A stretch of 64,000 nucleotides of DNA from Octopus vulgaris. Its lineage: Eukaryota. The position numbers were made by a program, and so were the translations under genes. Positions 41,567 to 55,264 of the stretch are shown piece by piece (positions within the stretch are counted from its first letter, which is position 1; every line of letters starts with the position of its first letter). Location: positions 15,748,001 to 15,812,000 of the forward strand of contig OX597841.1 in assembly GCA_951406725.2 (NCBI GenBank), read 5' to 3'. Below the pieces are notes generated by a model. That model was not told where the DNA came from. It was given only the letters and a program-made list of their open reading frames with translations, and did no database searches.

Positions 41567-42005
41567 GGGATCTTTTCGGTTTGAACGCCATTTTTTTTTT
41601 TCTAGCGGTGTCATATGAAATTGTCACCCATAATTATGACCCTAGTATCGATCTATTGCATTTCAATCTGTTTTAGGGTTAGGGTTAGAGTTAGGGTAAG
41701 TTAGGGTTAGGGTTAGGGTTAGGGGTGGGGGGAAGGGTATCTTTTTTTCTTCAGAAATGTAAATAAACTCAATCAGTTTCTTAAACGAGGGACATATTCA
41801 TATGGCACAGAATATTCTTTACCTCAATAGACGTCACTGATTGGTTGAAATTGCAGAAATTGAAGAAGAAAAACTATAGAATTTTCTCAATAAAGCCAAG
41901 AGAAAAAGATGTTTTATCAACACATTCTACCAGTATACGAAGTTTTAAAGTGTTTAGTTACCTAGAAATTATGTTAAAAACTGCCGGTCAAACCGAAAAG
42001 ATCCC
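41567..42005. mobile_element. 439-bp MITE with 21-bp TIRs and internal telomeric repeats
   Basis: GGGATCTTTTCGGTTTGAACG ... CGGTCAAACCGAAAAGATCCC (20/21 match); T-runs on both sides; inserted in a SINE C relic. Confidence 0.85.
41673..41724 (+). repeat. Interstitial (TTAGGG)n
   Basis: Seven TTAGGG units, one TTAGAG variant and a 4-nt interruption. Confidence 0.9.
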
Positions 42006-42437
42006 TTTTTTTGTTGTTTTTTTTCAATCACAGATACAACTCATTTTAGCCGGATTAGTAGTGACCTGGAGCAACGTGAAATAAAATATCGTGCGCAAGG
42101 ACACAACCGGTCATCAGGACTCGAACTCGGAATCTTATGATTGTTAGCCGAATGATCTAATCACGTGCCTTCACAAAATCCGGCATTCCGTCAATGGCGG
42201 GACGTGGGTTTCATGTGATCCGATCAACAGAACAGCCTGCTCGTAAGATTAACGTGGAAGTGGCTGAGCACTCCACAGACACACATGTACCCTTAACGTA
42301 GTCTCCAGAGAGGTTCAGCGGGACGCAGAGTGTGACAAGGCTGGCCCTTATTTAATTACAGGTACGACTCATTTTTGCCAGCTGGAGCAACGTGAAGAAG
42401 CAAAGTCCAATGGCATACCAATACAAGTGTAAAATTC

Positions 42438-42720
42438 AAACCGCATGGTTCCAGGTTCAGTCCCAATGCGTAGCATCTTGGGCATGTGACTTCTGCTATA
42501 GCCTCGGGCCCACCAAAGCCTTGTGAGTGGATTTGGTAGACGGAAACTGAAAGAAGCCCAAGAGTAGGTGTTTGGTAAGAAGGTTGCTTCCCAACCTCAT
42601 GTTTCTAAGTTCAGTCCCACTGTGTGGCACCTTGGGCAAATGTCTTCTGTTATAGCTTCGGGCTGCCTAAAGCCTTGTGAATGGATTTGGTAGACGGAAA
42701 CTGAAAGAAGCCCGTGGTAT
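42438..42720 (+). mobile_element. Two tandem SINE family A 5' halves
   Basis: Family A homology. Confidence 0.78.
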
Positions 42721-42777
42721 TTATATATACATATATATATATAATATATATGCATATATACATACCTACACACACAT

Positions 42778-42814
<37 letters not shown>

Positions 42815-42948
42815 CATACATATATAATATATATGCATATATACATACCTACATATATATATATATATAATATATATGCATACATACCTACCTACACATA
42901 CACACATATATATATAATCAAAATAAGCAACAAGGATATCCAAGGTAG

Positions 42949-43035
42949 TGTAGTACAATCGTTTCATGCTACTTCATTTATTAAACAATGTAAGTATTAC
43001 ATCAGTTTTAAAATGTAGAGCACTCTTCAGCCACA
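42949..43035 (-). ncRNA. Type I hammerhead ribozyme-like motif, canonical core, long loop 2
   Basis: Minus strand TGTGG-CTGAAGA-GTGCT(CTAC...GT)AGCAT-GAAA-CGATTG-TA-CTACA. Confidence 0.6.
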
Positions 43036-43279
43036 TACGGAATTTTTAAAATTAAATTGACAATGGTCATTTTTATACTTATTCCATTTACCGACATTAC
43101 AAAGAGGGAATGTATATAGACAGAGAGGTGAATTTCATCAGTAAAAACATGGTAGTTGGAGATGTTAACTCATGGGCAGATTTTTTTATCACTGAGTTCA
43201 CTTTGTTATTTAGATTTACCAATGGAGAGGAGGTTTTCTTTTAGGTTCAGTGGAGACAATCACGAATTCACTTTAAGAC

Positions 43280-43286
43280 ATGTATG

Positions 43287-43320
<34 letters not shown>

Positions 43321-43470
43321 TGTATGTATGTATGTATGTATGTATGTATGTATGTATGTATGTGTGTATGTATGTTTGTATGTATGTCTGTCTGTCTGTT
43401 TGTGTGTATGTATATATGTATGTATGTATGCATGTATGTATGTATGTATGTATATATGTATGTATGTATG

Positions 43471-43504
<34 letters not shown>

Positions 43505-43514
43505 TGTATGTATG

Positions 43515-43548
<34 letters not shown>

Positions 43549-43658
43549 TATATGTATGTATGTGTGTATGTATGTTTGTATGTATGTATGTATGTATGTA
43601 TGTATGTATGTATGTATGTATGTATGTATGTATATATGTATGTATGTGTGTATGTATG

Positions 43659-43692
<34 letters not shown>

Positions 43693-43978
43693 TGTATGTA
43701 TATATGTATGTATGTGTGTATGTATGTATGTATGTATGTATGTATGTCTATATGTATGTATATATGTATGTATGTGTGTATGTATGTATATATGTATGTA
43801 TGCATGTATGTATGTATGTATGTGTGTATGTATGTATGTATATATGTATGTATGTATGCATGTATGCATGTATGTATGTATGTATGTATGTATGTATGCA
43901 TGTATGTATATATGCATGTATGTGTGTATGTATGTATATATGTATGTATGTATGTATGTATGCATGTATGTATGTATG

Positions 43979-44012
<34 letters not shown>

Positions 44013-44475
44013 TGTATGTATGTATGTATTTATGTATTTATGCATGTATGTATGTATGTATGTATGTATGTATGTATGTATGTATGTATGTATGTATGTA
44101 TGTATGTATGTATGCATGTATGTATTTATGTATTTATGTATGTATGTATGTATGTATGTATGTATGTATGTATGTATGTATGTATGTATGTATGTATGTA
44201 TGTATGTATGTATGCATGTATGTATTTATGTATGTATGTATGTATGTATGTATGTATGTATGTATGCATGTATGTATTTATGTATGTATGTATGTATGTA
44301 TGTATGTATGTATGTATGTATGTATGTATGTATGTATGTATGTATGTGTGTATGTCTGCATGTATATTTATATGTATGTATGTGTGTATGTATGTATGTA
44401 TGTATGTGTGTGTATGTATGTATGTTTGTATGTATGTATGTATGCATGTGTGTATGTGTGTATTTGTGTATGTGT
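43280..44475. repeat. (TATG)n tract, ~1.2 kb
   Basis: Directly visible; explains the 450-580 aa MYVC ORFs. Confidence 0.97.
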
Positions 44476-44946
44476 ACATCATCATCAAAATCATCATTAC
44501 CTTCCCCCTCCTCTCATCATCACCATCATTTATCAACAGCATACAACAGCAGCATTGTCATCGTCATCATCAGACATCATCATCATCATTATATCAAATC
44601 ACATCATCATCAACATACATGCATCATCATCATGTATCATCATCATCATACATATAAGCAGCAGCATCATCATGCATTGCATCATCATCATCATCATTGC
44701 TATTGTTGTCCATCAACATGGGTTTTCCATGCTGGATGTTTGACAGGAGCATTGGAAGGGCACCCGGCCTCGGTATACCAAAGCAGGCCACAGAAAGAAT
44801 GTCGCATTGCTGGCTGCAGTTCTTTTGATCATGATACATGTATGATGATGATGATGATGTTCATGTTCATGAGAATGATGATGTAAACAAGAGATCGCTA
44901 GACACTACACATTCTTTATTTTCTCTCCTTGTTTCTCTCCTTGTTC

Positions 44947-44982
44947 CTTTCTGTTGAAGAGCGTAGGCTCGAAACGTTAAAG
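44947..44982 (+). ncRNA. Minimal hammerhead-like motif (A6 to U variant) in a Penelope-like terminal relic (~44895-45130)
   Basis: CTTT-CTGTTGA-A-GAGC-gtag-GCTC-GAAA-CG-TT-AAAG; more decayed relative at 49011-49046. Confidence 0.55.
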
Positions 44983-45125
44983 ACTTTTTCTATTCCTGAG
45001 CATTATACTAATACATCTGTCTGTTGTCTACACCACCTGTCTTCGTCTTTTATTGTTTTTTTCTGTGAATTCTCCCTATATGTATATATATATGTATGTG
45101 TTTTTTTGTGCTTTCATGTTTGGAT

Positions 45126-45263
<138 letters not shown>

Positions 45264-45747
45264 TGTGTTTATCTCCCACTATCGCCTGACAACCGATGTT
45301 GGTATGTTTACATCCCCATAAACTAGCGGTTCGGCATAAGAGACCGATAGAATAAGTACTAGGCTTACAAAGAATAAGTCCTGGGGTCGATTTGTTCGAC
45401 TAAAGGCGGGGCTCCCACGTGGAGCCAGCCTTGCAACATTCTGTGTCACACAGTGATTCCTTGGCAACTACGTTAATGGTACACACGTCTGTGGAGTACT
45501 CAGCCACTTGCACGTTGGTTTCACGAGCAGGCTGTTACGTTGCTCGGACCAACTGAATGCTTCGTCGTCGAACCGACGGAGATCCAGTTTTGAAGATGAG
45601 TCAGATTCTAAAGTCCTAAGTTCGATACGCGTCGGCGCCCTATGTCCTTGAGCAAGACCCTTTATTTCACATTGCTCCATCCACTGAGCTGGCAAAAATG
45701 ACTTGCACCAGTAATTCAAACGTGCCAGCCTCGCCACATTTTGTGTC

Positions 45748-46100
45748 TCACAACATCATAAGCGGAAAGTGTAACCTCTCTAAAGAGCTGTTCTTCACTC
45801 CTGCTCCAGAGCGTCGGCTGCGGGGTCATTCCGAAAAGCTCTATCTGCAATGATTTCATCTCAATCGAAGGAGAGGGGCTTTCTCCGTCGGGTTGCGGAT
45901 CCGTGGAATAAGCTGCCGGACGAGATGGTAAAGATGCCGACGACCGCTCGGTTCAAAGTCTCCCTTGACCACAAGTGGCCTGAACTCTTTACATGAACAC
46001 CACCCTGTACATAACTCCATGTCCCCCTACATGGCCTTGCTTTTTGCTTTTTGCTTTTTGAGCCAAAAAATTAACTTAACTTAACTTCACTTAACTTAAC
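45748..46100 (+). mobile_element. CR1-clade LINE 3' end inserted in a SINE C relic
   Basis: Near-identical to 37219-37550; (TTAAC)n tail. Confidence 0.9.
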
Positions 46101-46819
46101 TCCCTGAGATCTAAATTAAAGGTAGGAGTGTCTGTGGTATACTCAGCTGCTCGCCAGTTAATTTCACAAGCAAGAAGTTTCTTTGATCGGACTGACTTGA
46201 TCAGTCATCGTCGCCAACGACGGAGTACCGCTTTCATTCCAACCAGCCAACATGGCTTCGCGGCATCATCACCAATGCGCTTTCTTCTTTTGTCTCCGGT
46301 TCCTAACTTTTATCCATCTTCCACCCGGTATACAAACACCACACCAGCCTCATATACATCTGTCTGTTTGTCGTTGGGTGGTAAGAAGCATGCTACCCAA
46401 CCACATGGTTCCGGGTTCAGTCCCACTGCGTGTCACCTTGGGCAAGTGTCTTCTACTATTAGCCTGCGGCCGACCAAAGCCTTGTGAGTAGATTTGGTAG
46501 ATGGAAACTGAAAGAAGCCCGTCATATATATATGAAAATGTGTTCTATATATATGTGAGTGTCTTTGCATGTATATATATATATATATTGGCCTGCTCGC
46601 TTAGCCAGCGGGGTGGCGTCATTCGATGCCTAAAACAATGCGAACGCATTGTGACCAGCGGTGTGTAACAACATCTGATGGTCTGGTCGGTCACGTGATC
46701 ACGTGATATATATATATATATATTATATATATGCATATATGTATATATACATGCATGCATATACATATACATATACATAGATATGCAACTTCCTTTATCA
46801 GAGTTAAACACATATGCGT

Positions 46820-46853
<34 letters not shown>

Positions 46854-46855
46854 AC

Positions 46856-46913
<58 letters not shown>

Positions 46914-47243
46914 CATTGCACAGCATTCTACTCTCCCCACCTTGCCCTTTATACACGCACACATACACACACACACACACAACCATATATATATATATAT
47001 ATATATATACACTCACACATACACACACAACCATATATATATATATATATACACATACACATACGTATGTAAGGCCCTGCAGCCGTCTGCTTGCAAGCCC
47101 ACACACACCATTCTTATCTTTGCAACATTCCAAAGCCACCCTTGTCCAAATAATGCCTTCTGGCCTCACATCAGACTGTCTACGCCTTGTTCGTCCACCA
47201 GCGCCCTCTACACATGCAGACATATATACTGCACCAGCATATG

Positions 47244-47277
<34 letters not shown>

Positions 47278-47296
47278 ATTTGTATGTTTTTGTGTG

Positions 47297-47332
<36 letters not shown>

Positions 47333-47603
47333 AAGAGAGAGAGAGAGAAATGTATATATGTGGTGGTATATATAAATATATATATACATATACGTATACA
47401 CAAGATCATGTGTGTATAATGTATATGTATATATATATATATACATATATATACATGCATATATATACATTCACGCATGCGTGTGTATATCTGTCTGTCT
47501 AGTTCTTTGTGTATATATATATATATATATATATGTACGCTGGTTTTGCATCTTTGCGTCTCTCTACGTATGTAATATATATACCATTTATGTATACATG
47601 GTC

Positions 47604-47636
<33 letters not shown>

Positions 47637-47921
47637 CCCATAACATTCTGTGATATATTATACACGAAAGCTAACCTACCAACGCTCGTTTCGGCTCTAA
47701 AAGTTTAAAAAGTGTGTCACAGCTGTCTCCGCCTCGACACACAGTTACTGTATATAAAACACGCCTAGGAAATTTAAACACCCACTTATTCCTTCAACCT
47801 ACACCACCTCATACCCTGCCCGGGTATATATATACATACATACATACATATATCTCTCTCTATATATATATACATATGTGCATACTTTGTCTTATGATAT
47901 ATATCCTTTAATTTAATTTAA

Positions 47922-47976
<55 letters not shown>

Positions 47977-48699
47977 CATGTATACAGATATCCCTATACA
48001 CGCGTTCGCAATCGTTTAGGCACGTGGATGCTTTGTGTACACGCCCTAATTTGAAAAAGAAACCTTCTTTCTTTTTATATATACATGCTTATATAAACAC
48101 CCTCTTCTACTGTTCAACCATACACACACGCATGCGAAGTCCAAATGTATATTGCAGATGCGTATAAGCATCATATATACATACCATCACACACTTATAC
48201 ACACCCGCAGACAGGCGGATGTATACACATACCTACATCCCTACCAACCTACATGCATAGATGTATGTTACGCATCTACGTATGTATGTATGTATGTATG
48301 TATGTATGTATGTATGTATGTATGTATGCATGCATGTATGTATGTATCTATGTATGTATGTATATATGTATGTATGTATGTATGTATATATGTATGTATG
48401 TATATCCGTGGTCCTCATATATTTTCGCATTTATGCGGACGTGTGCCCGTTGAGACAAAGGCAGAGAAATATGCGTAGACAAACATTTATAAACACCCAG
48501 TGCTATATCACTCAACACATATATACACACACATGCACGCGCGCACACGACATACAGAAGCGCGTATATACATCCATATACACGCAGAAACCCTAGCCTC
48601 TTTGTGGAATGACACGTTGCAGGCACACTTCTACATACGTGCACGCTTATTTCTGCCATTCGATACACCAGTACACGTATACAGCTTATTATACACGCA

Positions 48700-48766
<67 letters not shown>

Positions 48767-49167
48767 GTTTATTCAAGTGTGTGTGTGTGTGTAGAGAACT
48801 AAGTCTGCATTGAGCTCGTAGCTGTGTGGTTAAAAATCTCGCTTAGCAACCACGTAGATTCAAGTTCAGTCCCATAGCCTCGTAGCTTGAGTAATTTTCT
48901 GTACATAGCTACGAACTAATATATAATATATATATATATATATTTGTGTGTTTGTGTTAAACCGCACATCCCTACACGTTTTTTCTCTCTCCGTTTTTTA
49001 CCTCTCAATCTTTTCTGTCAAAGAGCGTAGGCACGAAACGTCAAAGACTTCTCCATTTTTCCCAAGCGTCAAACTAATACATTTGCTAACGATTCTGCCA
49101 CTATATGCTTGTATGTATGTATGTATGTATGTATGTATGTATGTATGTATGTATGTATGTACGTATG

Positions 49168-49825
49168 TGTGGAAGAGAGTGTAATTCGGCAGGAGGACTT
49201 AAACGACATGCAAAGATACATGAAGCCCAGTTACAACTACAGCCAGCTATTACCAGTAAAGGTTTTAGTTGCCAATTCTGTACAAGACATTGTAGATCTT
49301 TAGCTGGCTAAAAAGTCACATTCGATCACAGCACCAATAACAGTTAAGCTTCGTGCGATGGCCATACTCGAAAACGAGGGGGCAGCCATAATATAACATG
49401 TATGTATGTAAGTATGTATGTATGTATGTATGTATGTATGTATGTATGTATGTATGTATGTATGTATGTATGTATGTATGTGCAAGACCCTGCCTCAGTA
49501 AAGCTGACTCATGAGTCATCTTCGTAGTCATAAAGTGAGACGGACAAGGCCACTGGTGGTGGTGTAACACACTACTAATCATATCTGTCGGGCATCTGGA
49601 AGAGAGTGTAATTCGGCAGGAGGACTTAAACGACATGCAAAGGTACATGAAGCCCAGTTACAACTACAGCCGGCTTTTACCAGTAAAGGTTTTAGTTGCC
49701 AATTTTGTACAAGACATTGTAGATCTTTAGCTGGGCTAAAAAGTCACATTCGATCACAGAACCAGTAACAGTTAAGCTTCGTGCAATGGCCATACTCGAT
49801 AACGAGCGGGCAGCCATAACATAAC

Positions 49826-49826
<1 letters not shown>
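49168..49826 (+). mobile_element. Two tandem LINE 3' ends (probably RTE) encoding C2H2-like zinc fingers, each followed by (TATG)n
   Basis: [18 protein letters not shown] and [13 protein letters not shown](L)KSHIRSQH; 49171-49398 duplicated at 49598-49826; 3' UTR ATGGCCATACTCG..AACGAG.GGGCAGCCAT. Confidence 0.65.
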
Positions 49827-49858
<32 letters not shown>

Positions 49859-50524
49859 TGTATGTATGTATGTATGTATGTATGTATGTATGTATGTATG
49901 TATGTATGTATGTATGTATGTATAAGTCTGGTAAGAAAGTCCTGTCGCGTTCCAAGATAGGAAAGAAACATACACTTCTTTGGTCTTAATGGATAGATTC
50001 AATGATGATAATATTCCCCGTCAGGATCGATAACACCTGTCTCGGAAACCAACGATCCCTCGGGCATAGAAATTTTATCTTCAGGTTTCGAAGCCCGCCA
50101 CCCAACATCCGCCACCCCGAAAAAAGAAAAGACCCTTCAATATTATTTTTTAAACCCCTCAAAGTTAATAAACTGTTTTCCTCCCAAATAATACTACATT
50201 CTTCTGAAAAGATATTAGCCAGATGGAGCAAAGACAGAATATGGCGGATGAGTGAAAACTTCCATATTTTGCGGAATAATTGTTTCGTGAGTTACTTTAA
50301 TAATATGTTGACTTTCTTTATCGTGTAAGAATAAACTCCATTTACGATTCATCGATGGTAGATGCTTTTCGTGTAAACTTTTGTGCAATGTTTTCAATTG
50401 ACAACAATATTTCTTCACATCAACTCTTTCGTTTTGGTTTTTAAGATTTCATAACAGACGACATTTCATGGCAGACGACATTTCATGACAGACGACATTT
50501 CATAACAGACGACATCCCAACGAA

Positions 50525-50955
50525 TCTCTTTTACTCTTTTACTCTTTTACTTGCTTCAGTCATTTGACTGTGGCCATGCTGGAGCACCGCCTTTAGTCGA
50601 GCAAATCGACCCCGGGACTTGTTCTTTGTAAGCCTAGTACTTATTCTATCGGTCTCTCTTTTGCCGAACTGCTAAGTTACGGGGATGTAAACACACTAGC
50701 ATCGGTTGTCAAGCGATGTTGGGGGGACAAACACAAACACAGACACACAAACATTAACACACACATACACATATATATGCACATATATACGACGGGCTTC
50801 TTTCAGTTTCCGTCTACCAAATCCACTCACAAGGCTTTGTTCGACCAGAGGCTATAGTAGAAGACACATGCCCAAGGTACCACTCAGTGGGACTGAACCC
50901 GGAACCATGTGGCTTGTAAGCAAGCTACTTACCACACAGCCACTCCTTCACCTAT
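50525..50955 (-). mobile_element. SINE family A, full length
   Basis: Family A head, body and tail. Confidence 0.88.
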
Positions 50956-51244
50956 AAAACATAATTTTTTTTCGGGTCTCGTCCTTGTTTGGGAATGGTT
51001 TCTTTTACATTGGGTGCTAAACGTTGCTGTTTTCATTGGATATGATTATAGGGAATCCATTTGTCATCATTTGTGACGGTTCTATCCTAAAAACGTTCGT
51101 TATCTTGTCGACCTCTCAATGACGAGCAAAGAATTAGTCTTTGGCCAAATTTAGACGGATTTCTTCGTCCATGAAAACGTTGTATGATGGAAGTGTGACG
51201 TGAATTGAACTGTCTCGTTAATTCTCGTACAGCCTCTTGTGTTT

Positions 51245-51909
51245 TAGCACGCCAGGCGAAGTGCTTAGCGGTATTTCGTCTGTCGCCACGTTCTGAGTTC
51301 AAATTCCGCCGAGGTCGACTTTGCCTTTCATCCTTTCGAGGTCGATAAATTAAGTACCAGTTACGCACTGGGGTCGATGCAATCGACTTAATCCATTTGT
51401 CTGTCTTTGTTTGTCCTCTCTGTGTTTAGCCCCTTGTGCGTAGTAAAGAAATAGGTATTTCGTCTGCCGTTACGGGGTCGATAAATTAAGTACCAGTTAC
51501 GCACTGGGGTCGATATAATCGACTTAATCCATTTGTCTGTCTTTGTTTGTCCTCTCTGTGTTTAGCCCCTTGTGCGTAGTAAAGAAATAGGTATTTCGTC
51601 TGCCGTTACGGGGTCGATAAATTAAGTACCAGTTACGCACTGGGGTCGATATAATCGACTTAATCCATTTGTCTGTCTTTGTTTGTCCTCTCTGTGTTTA
51701 GCCCCTTGTGGGTAGTAAAGAAATAGGTATTTCGTCTACCGCTACGTTCTGAGTTCAAATTCCGCCGAGGTCGACTTTGCCTTTCATCCTTTCGGGGTCG
51801 ATTAAATAAGTACCAGTTACGCACTGGGGTCGATGCAATCGACTTAATCCATTTGTCTGTCTTTGTTTGTCCTCTTTGTGTTTAGCCCCTTGTGGGTAAT
51901 AAAGAAATA
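51245..51909 (+). mobile_element. SINE family B tetramer (184, 136, 136, 184 bp modules)
   Basis: Module starts GGTATTTCGTCT at 51270, 51454, 51590 and 51726. Confidence 0.88.
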
Positions 51910-52147
51910 TAATTATTTACTGAACTACGGTTTAGAGAAGGTCAGTATTGACTGAACCTGGCGGTCGAAATCGAGGGGAAACGGCAAGAGAAAAAGATAC
52001 CTGAGCAAACTGGCTAGGCGCATGCGTAACTGTGTAAGGAGTTTGCTTCCCAAACACATGGATCCGGTGTCTTCTGCTATAGACTCAGGCTGAGCAAAGC
52101 CTTGTGATGGGATTCGGTACATGGAAACTGAAGGAAGCTCGTTGTAT

Positions 52148-52224
<77 letters not shown>

Positions 52225-53477
52225 TATATGTAGAAAAATACAAACTTTTAGAAGACGATACAAAAAACACGGACGGGACATTCGAAGCCTTCAATCTTCA
52301 GTCAAGAACCGGATCATCCTCGCAATTTCGGCTGATTAATCTTGAGATCACTCCGATCCGGCCAGCCCCAAGGAAAAACTAAGCTACGAGCATTAGATTT
52401 CTTGGAAAAAGGATCGAATGTATACGAAACAAGGACAGAAAAAAGGGCGATGCCACACGAATATAAATACAAAAAACAATAATAGTAATAACAGGACAAA
52501 AACAGCGGGTGTTTTACGACTAATAGACAGTACAACTAGTTTTATCTAGCGTATTTGGAAAAAAATGCCTTTTTCGGCAGACGAAGACAACGATGTTCTC
52601 GTGGCGCTGGTTAGAAGCCGAAAGGCTGGTTGACCAGCGGTCACGTGAGAGGAGAAGAGAGAGAGAAAAAGGGAGGCAAAGGAATCAAAGAGGGAGAGAA
52701 AAGGAGGGACGAAGGCACCAAAGGGGGAGAAGAGAGAGAAAGAAGGAATTAAAGAGGAGAAAAGAAAGAGAGCGTGCCAAGATTATTGCTATTATGCAAA
52801 AGTGTTGTAATTCCAAAACGTCGCAACTCATTTCGACAGCTGAGCGAACTGGATCCACGTGAGATAAAGTGTCTGCTGAAGAGCACAGTGCACAGCTCAG
52901 TCCAGGAATCGAACTCACAACCTCATGATTGTAAACCCGATGCTATAACCACTGGGCCATGAACTTTAATGTTAGACTGCATGGGAGTGGTGCAATAAGT
53001 CAGTTACAACACATAAGACTGAAAAGTCCGGATTCAGCCAGCCAATATTGGGACCCCATTACAGCCAAGTGGACTGCAGCAACGCGTCATGGGGTGTTTC
53101 GCTCAAGAATACAAAGCACCATCGAGTGCAAGAATCGAAGCCACTCTCTTACGATTACAAAATTCCCAGTTGAACGGGGGGGGGCGGGCGGTGGCAGGGT
53201 TAACTTGGCAGCTGTTACGAGAACTCGTTTATAGCTGGTCACAACGGGAAAGGAAGGGTTTCGCGGGAGAATGCAACGCACCGCCCGCTCCGGGAATCGA
53301 AACCACAGTTTTACGATCATGAGTGAAAACAAGATTAACCACTAAACCACGAACTTTAATAAACATACGTACACGCACACAAATACACACACATATATAT
53401 ATATATACATACATACGTACATACATACATATATATATATATATGTGTGTACATATATATGCATGCATGTATGTAGG

Positions 53478-53526
<49 letters not shown>

Positions 53527-53667
53527 ATGTATACACACATATGTGTGTATGTATATATATAAGCATGTATGCGTTTGTGCCTGTGTGTGTATGTCTGTGA
53601 AAATCTATACCCTCGCATATGTATATATAATCATTTACTCTCTCTCTCTCTCTCTCTCTCTCTATCG

Positions 53668-53714
<47 letters not shown>

Positions 53715-53788
53715 TACACATACATTTACTATATACGCATGCTTCAGCGTGCATTCCTAAACAATTCAACATACATACATATATATAC

Positions 53789-53819
<31 letters not shown>

Positions 53820-54605
53820 CAAACACATACACACGCATATACATTTATGCATATATGTGTATATATATTCATGTGTGTGTGTATATGCATTCTTCTATAC
53901 ACGCACAGAAAAACGTGTTTTTAGGACACACCCACGAATTCTACCCGGTCGCGACACACTTAAAGCACGCGTTTTCAAGATTCGGGGTGGATGGACGGGG
54001 GTCGGCCGGATTTGGTTTCGAGTTGGAGGTGGTGCAAGAAGCTATGCGACTCGATGTTCGCGGGTGTTCGACGGGGTACGGGTGTGTGTGTGTGTGTGTG
54101 TGTTTGGGGGGTGGAGTGAAGTAGGGGTGGTGGTGACGGTGGTGTGTGGGGAGATTGTGTGTTAGGGTGGTTTGGCAGAGCAGGGCAGGCGACAGGATGT
54201 TATGCGTGTGTGTGAAGGGTCTCAGCTTTGGCGGGGTGGGGAAGCGGGGTGGGGAAGCGGGGTGGGGGAGGGGGGTAGGTGCGGTTTTTCAGTCAGCAGC
54301 AACACATGAGCAACAAGAAAAGTCAAAAAAAAAAAAAATACATACCAAGATGACGTGGTGCCGGATGGGATTTCTTGAGGATTTACTGGAGGTAAACGGG
54401 TGGGGACCGGGTAGATGTAAAGGCGTAGAAGAGAAGAGAGTGGTGGTGGTAGTGGTTGTGAGTGTGGAGGGAGGAATTTTGCAGGTGTATGGAGAGGGTG
54501 TGAAGGTGGATGGGTGAATGCGGTGGGGTGGGGGACAGATTCTTTGCAAGGGTGGATGGGGGTGAGAAGAGATTTAGGTTATTTTTTTAACTTCAAGATT
54601 TTTGC

Positions 54606-55150
54606 GTGGGTAGTGGCAATAGTAGTGGTTATAGTTTTGGTGGTGCCAAAAGTAGTAGTGGTGGTGGTGGTGGTGGTGGTGGTGTGGTGGTAGTGATGGT
54701 CGTGGTTGTGTTGGTGGTAGTGGTGGTGGTGGTGTGGTGGTGGTGTGGTGGTAGTGAAGGTCGTTGTTGTGTTGGTGGTAGTGGTGGTGGTGGTGGTGGT
54801 GCTAGTGCGTGTTGTGGAGGTGGTGGTAGTGTTGGTGGTAGTAATGGTTGTAGTGATGGTCGTCGTTGTGTTGGTGGTAGTGGTGAAGGTGGTGCTAGTG
54901 GCGGTTGTGTATGTGGTGGTGGTGGTAGTGGTGGTGGTGGTGGTGGTGGTGGTGGTGGTGGTGGTGGTGGTGGTGGTGGTGGTGGTGGTAGTGGTGGTGG
55001 TGATGGTGATCGTGATCGTGGTACTAATGGGGGTGGTGGTGGGGTGATGGTGCTGGTGGTGGCAATGATTGTGGGGGTGAGGTGGTGCAGAAGGTGAAGG
55101 TGGAGGTAATTGAGGTGAAGGTGGTGGTGGTGGTAGTGGTGGTCGTGGTG
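54606..55150. repeat. (GGT)n compound microsatellite
   Basis: Directly visible. Confidence 0.93.
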
Positions 55151-55264
55151 GACGTTACTGTTGTTTTGCCCTTGGTCAACTCGGCCACGGGTGACCGAAA
55201 GTCAAAACCGACGCAACCGCCACTGATGCCCTTAACTGTCTTATATTCTTCTATTCTCCTAAAT

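Larger units (their letters stand above)
49921..52010 (-). pseudogene. Decayed mariner (DD34D-type) transposon split by SINE A and a SINE B array
   Basis: Minus-strand peptides in the expected order: VRELTRQFNSRHTSIIQR (HTH), F*DRTVTNDDKWIPY (TGDEKW motif), LFLHDKESQH...MEVFTHPPYS.FAPS (HDNARPH and HPPYSPDLAPSD motifs). Confidence 0.75.

Noticed and set aside
43156-44886. Longest ORFs (576, 487, 457 aa) and all other MYVC/YIYI/THTH/poly-amino-acid ORFs
   Set aside because: They are translations of (TATG)n, (TA)n, (CA)n and trinucleotide repeats that lack stop codons; no domain signal
49168-49340. Host C2H2 zinc-finger gene exon
   Set aside because: No TGEKP linkers, frameshift, tandem 5'-truncated duplication and a repeat tail all favour a LINE 3' end
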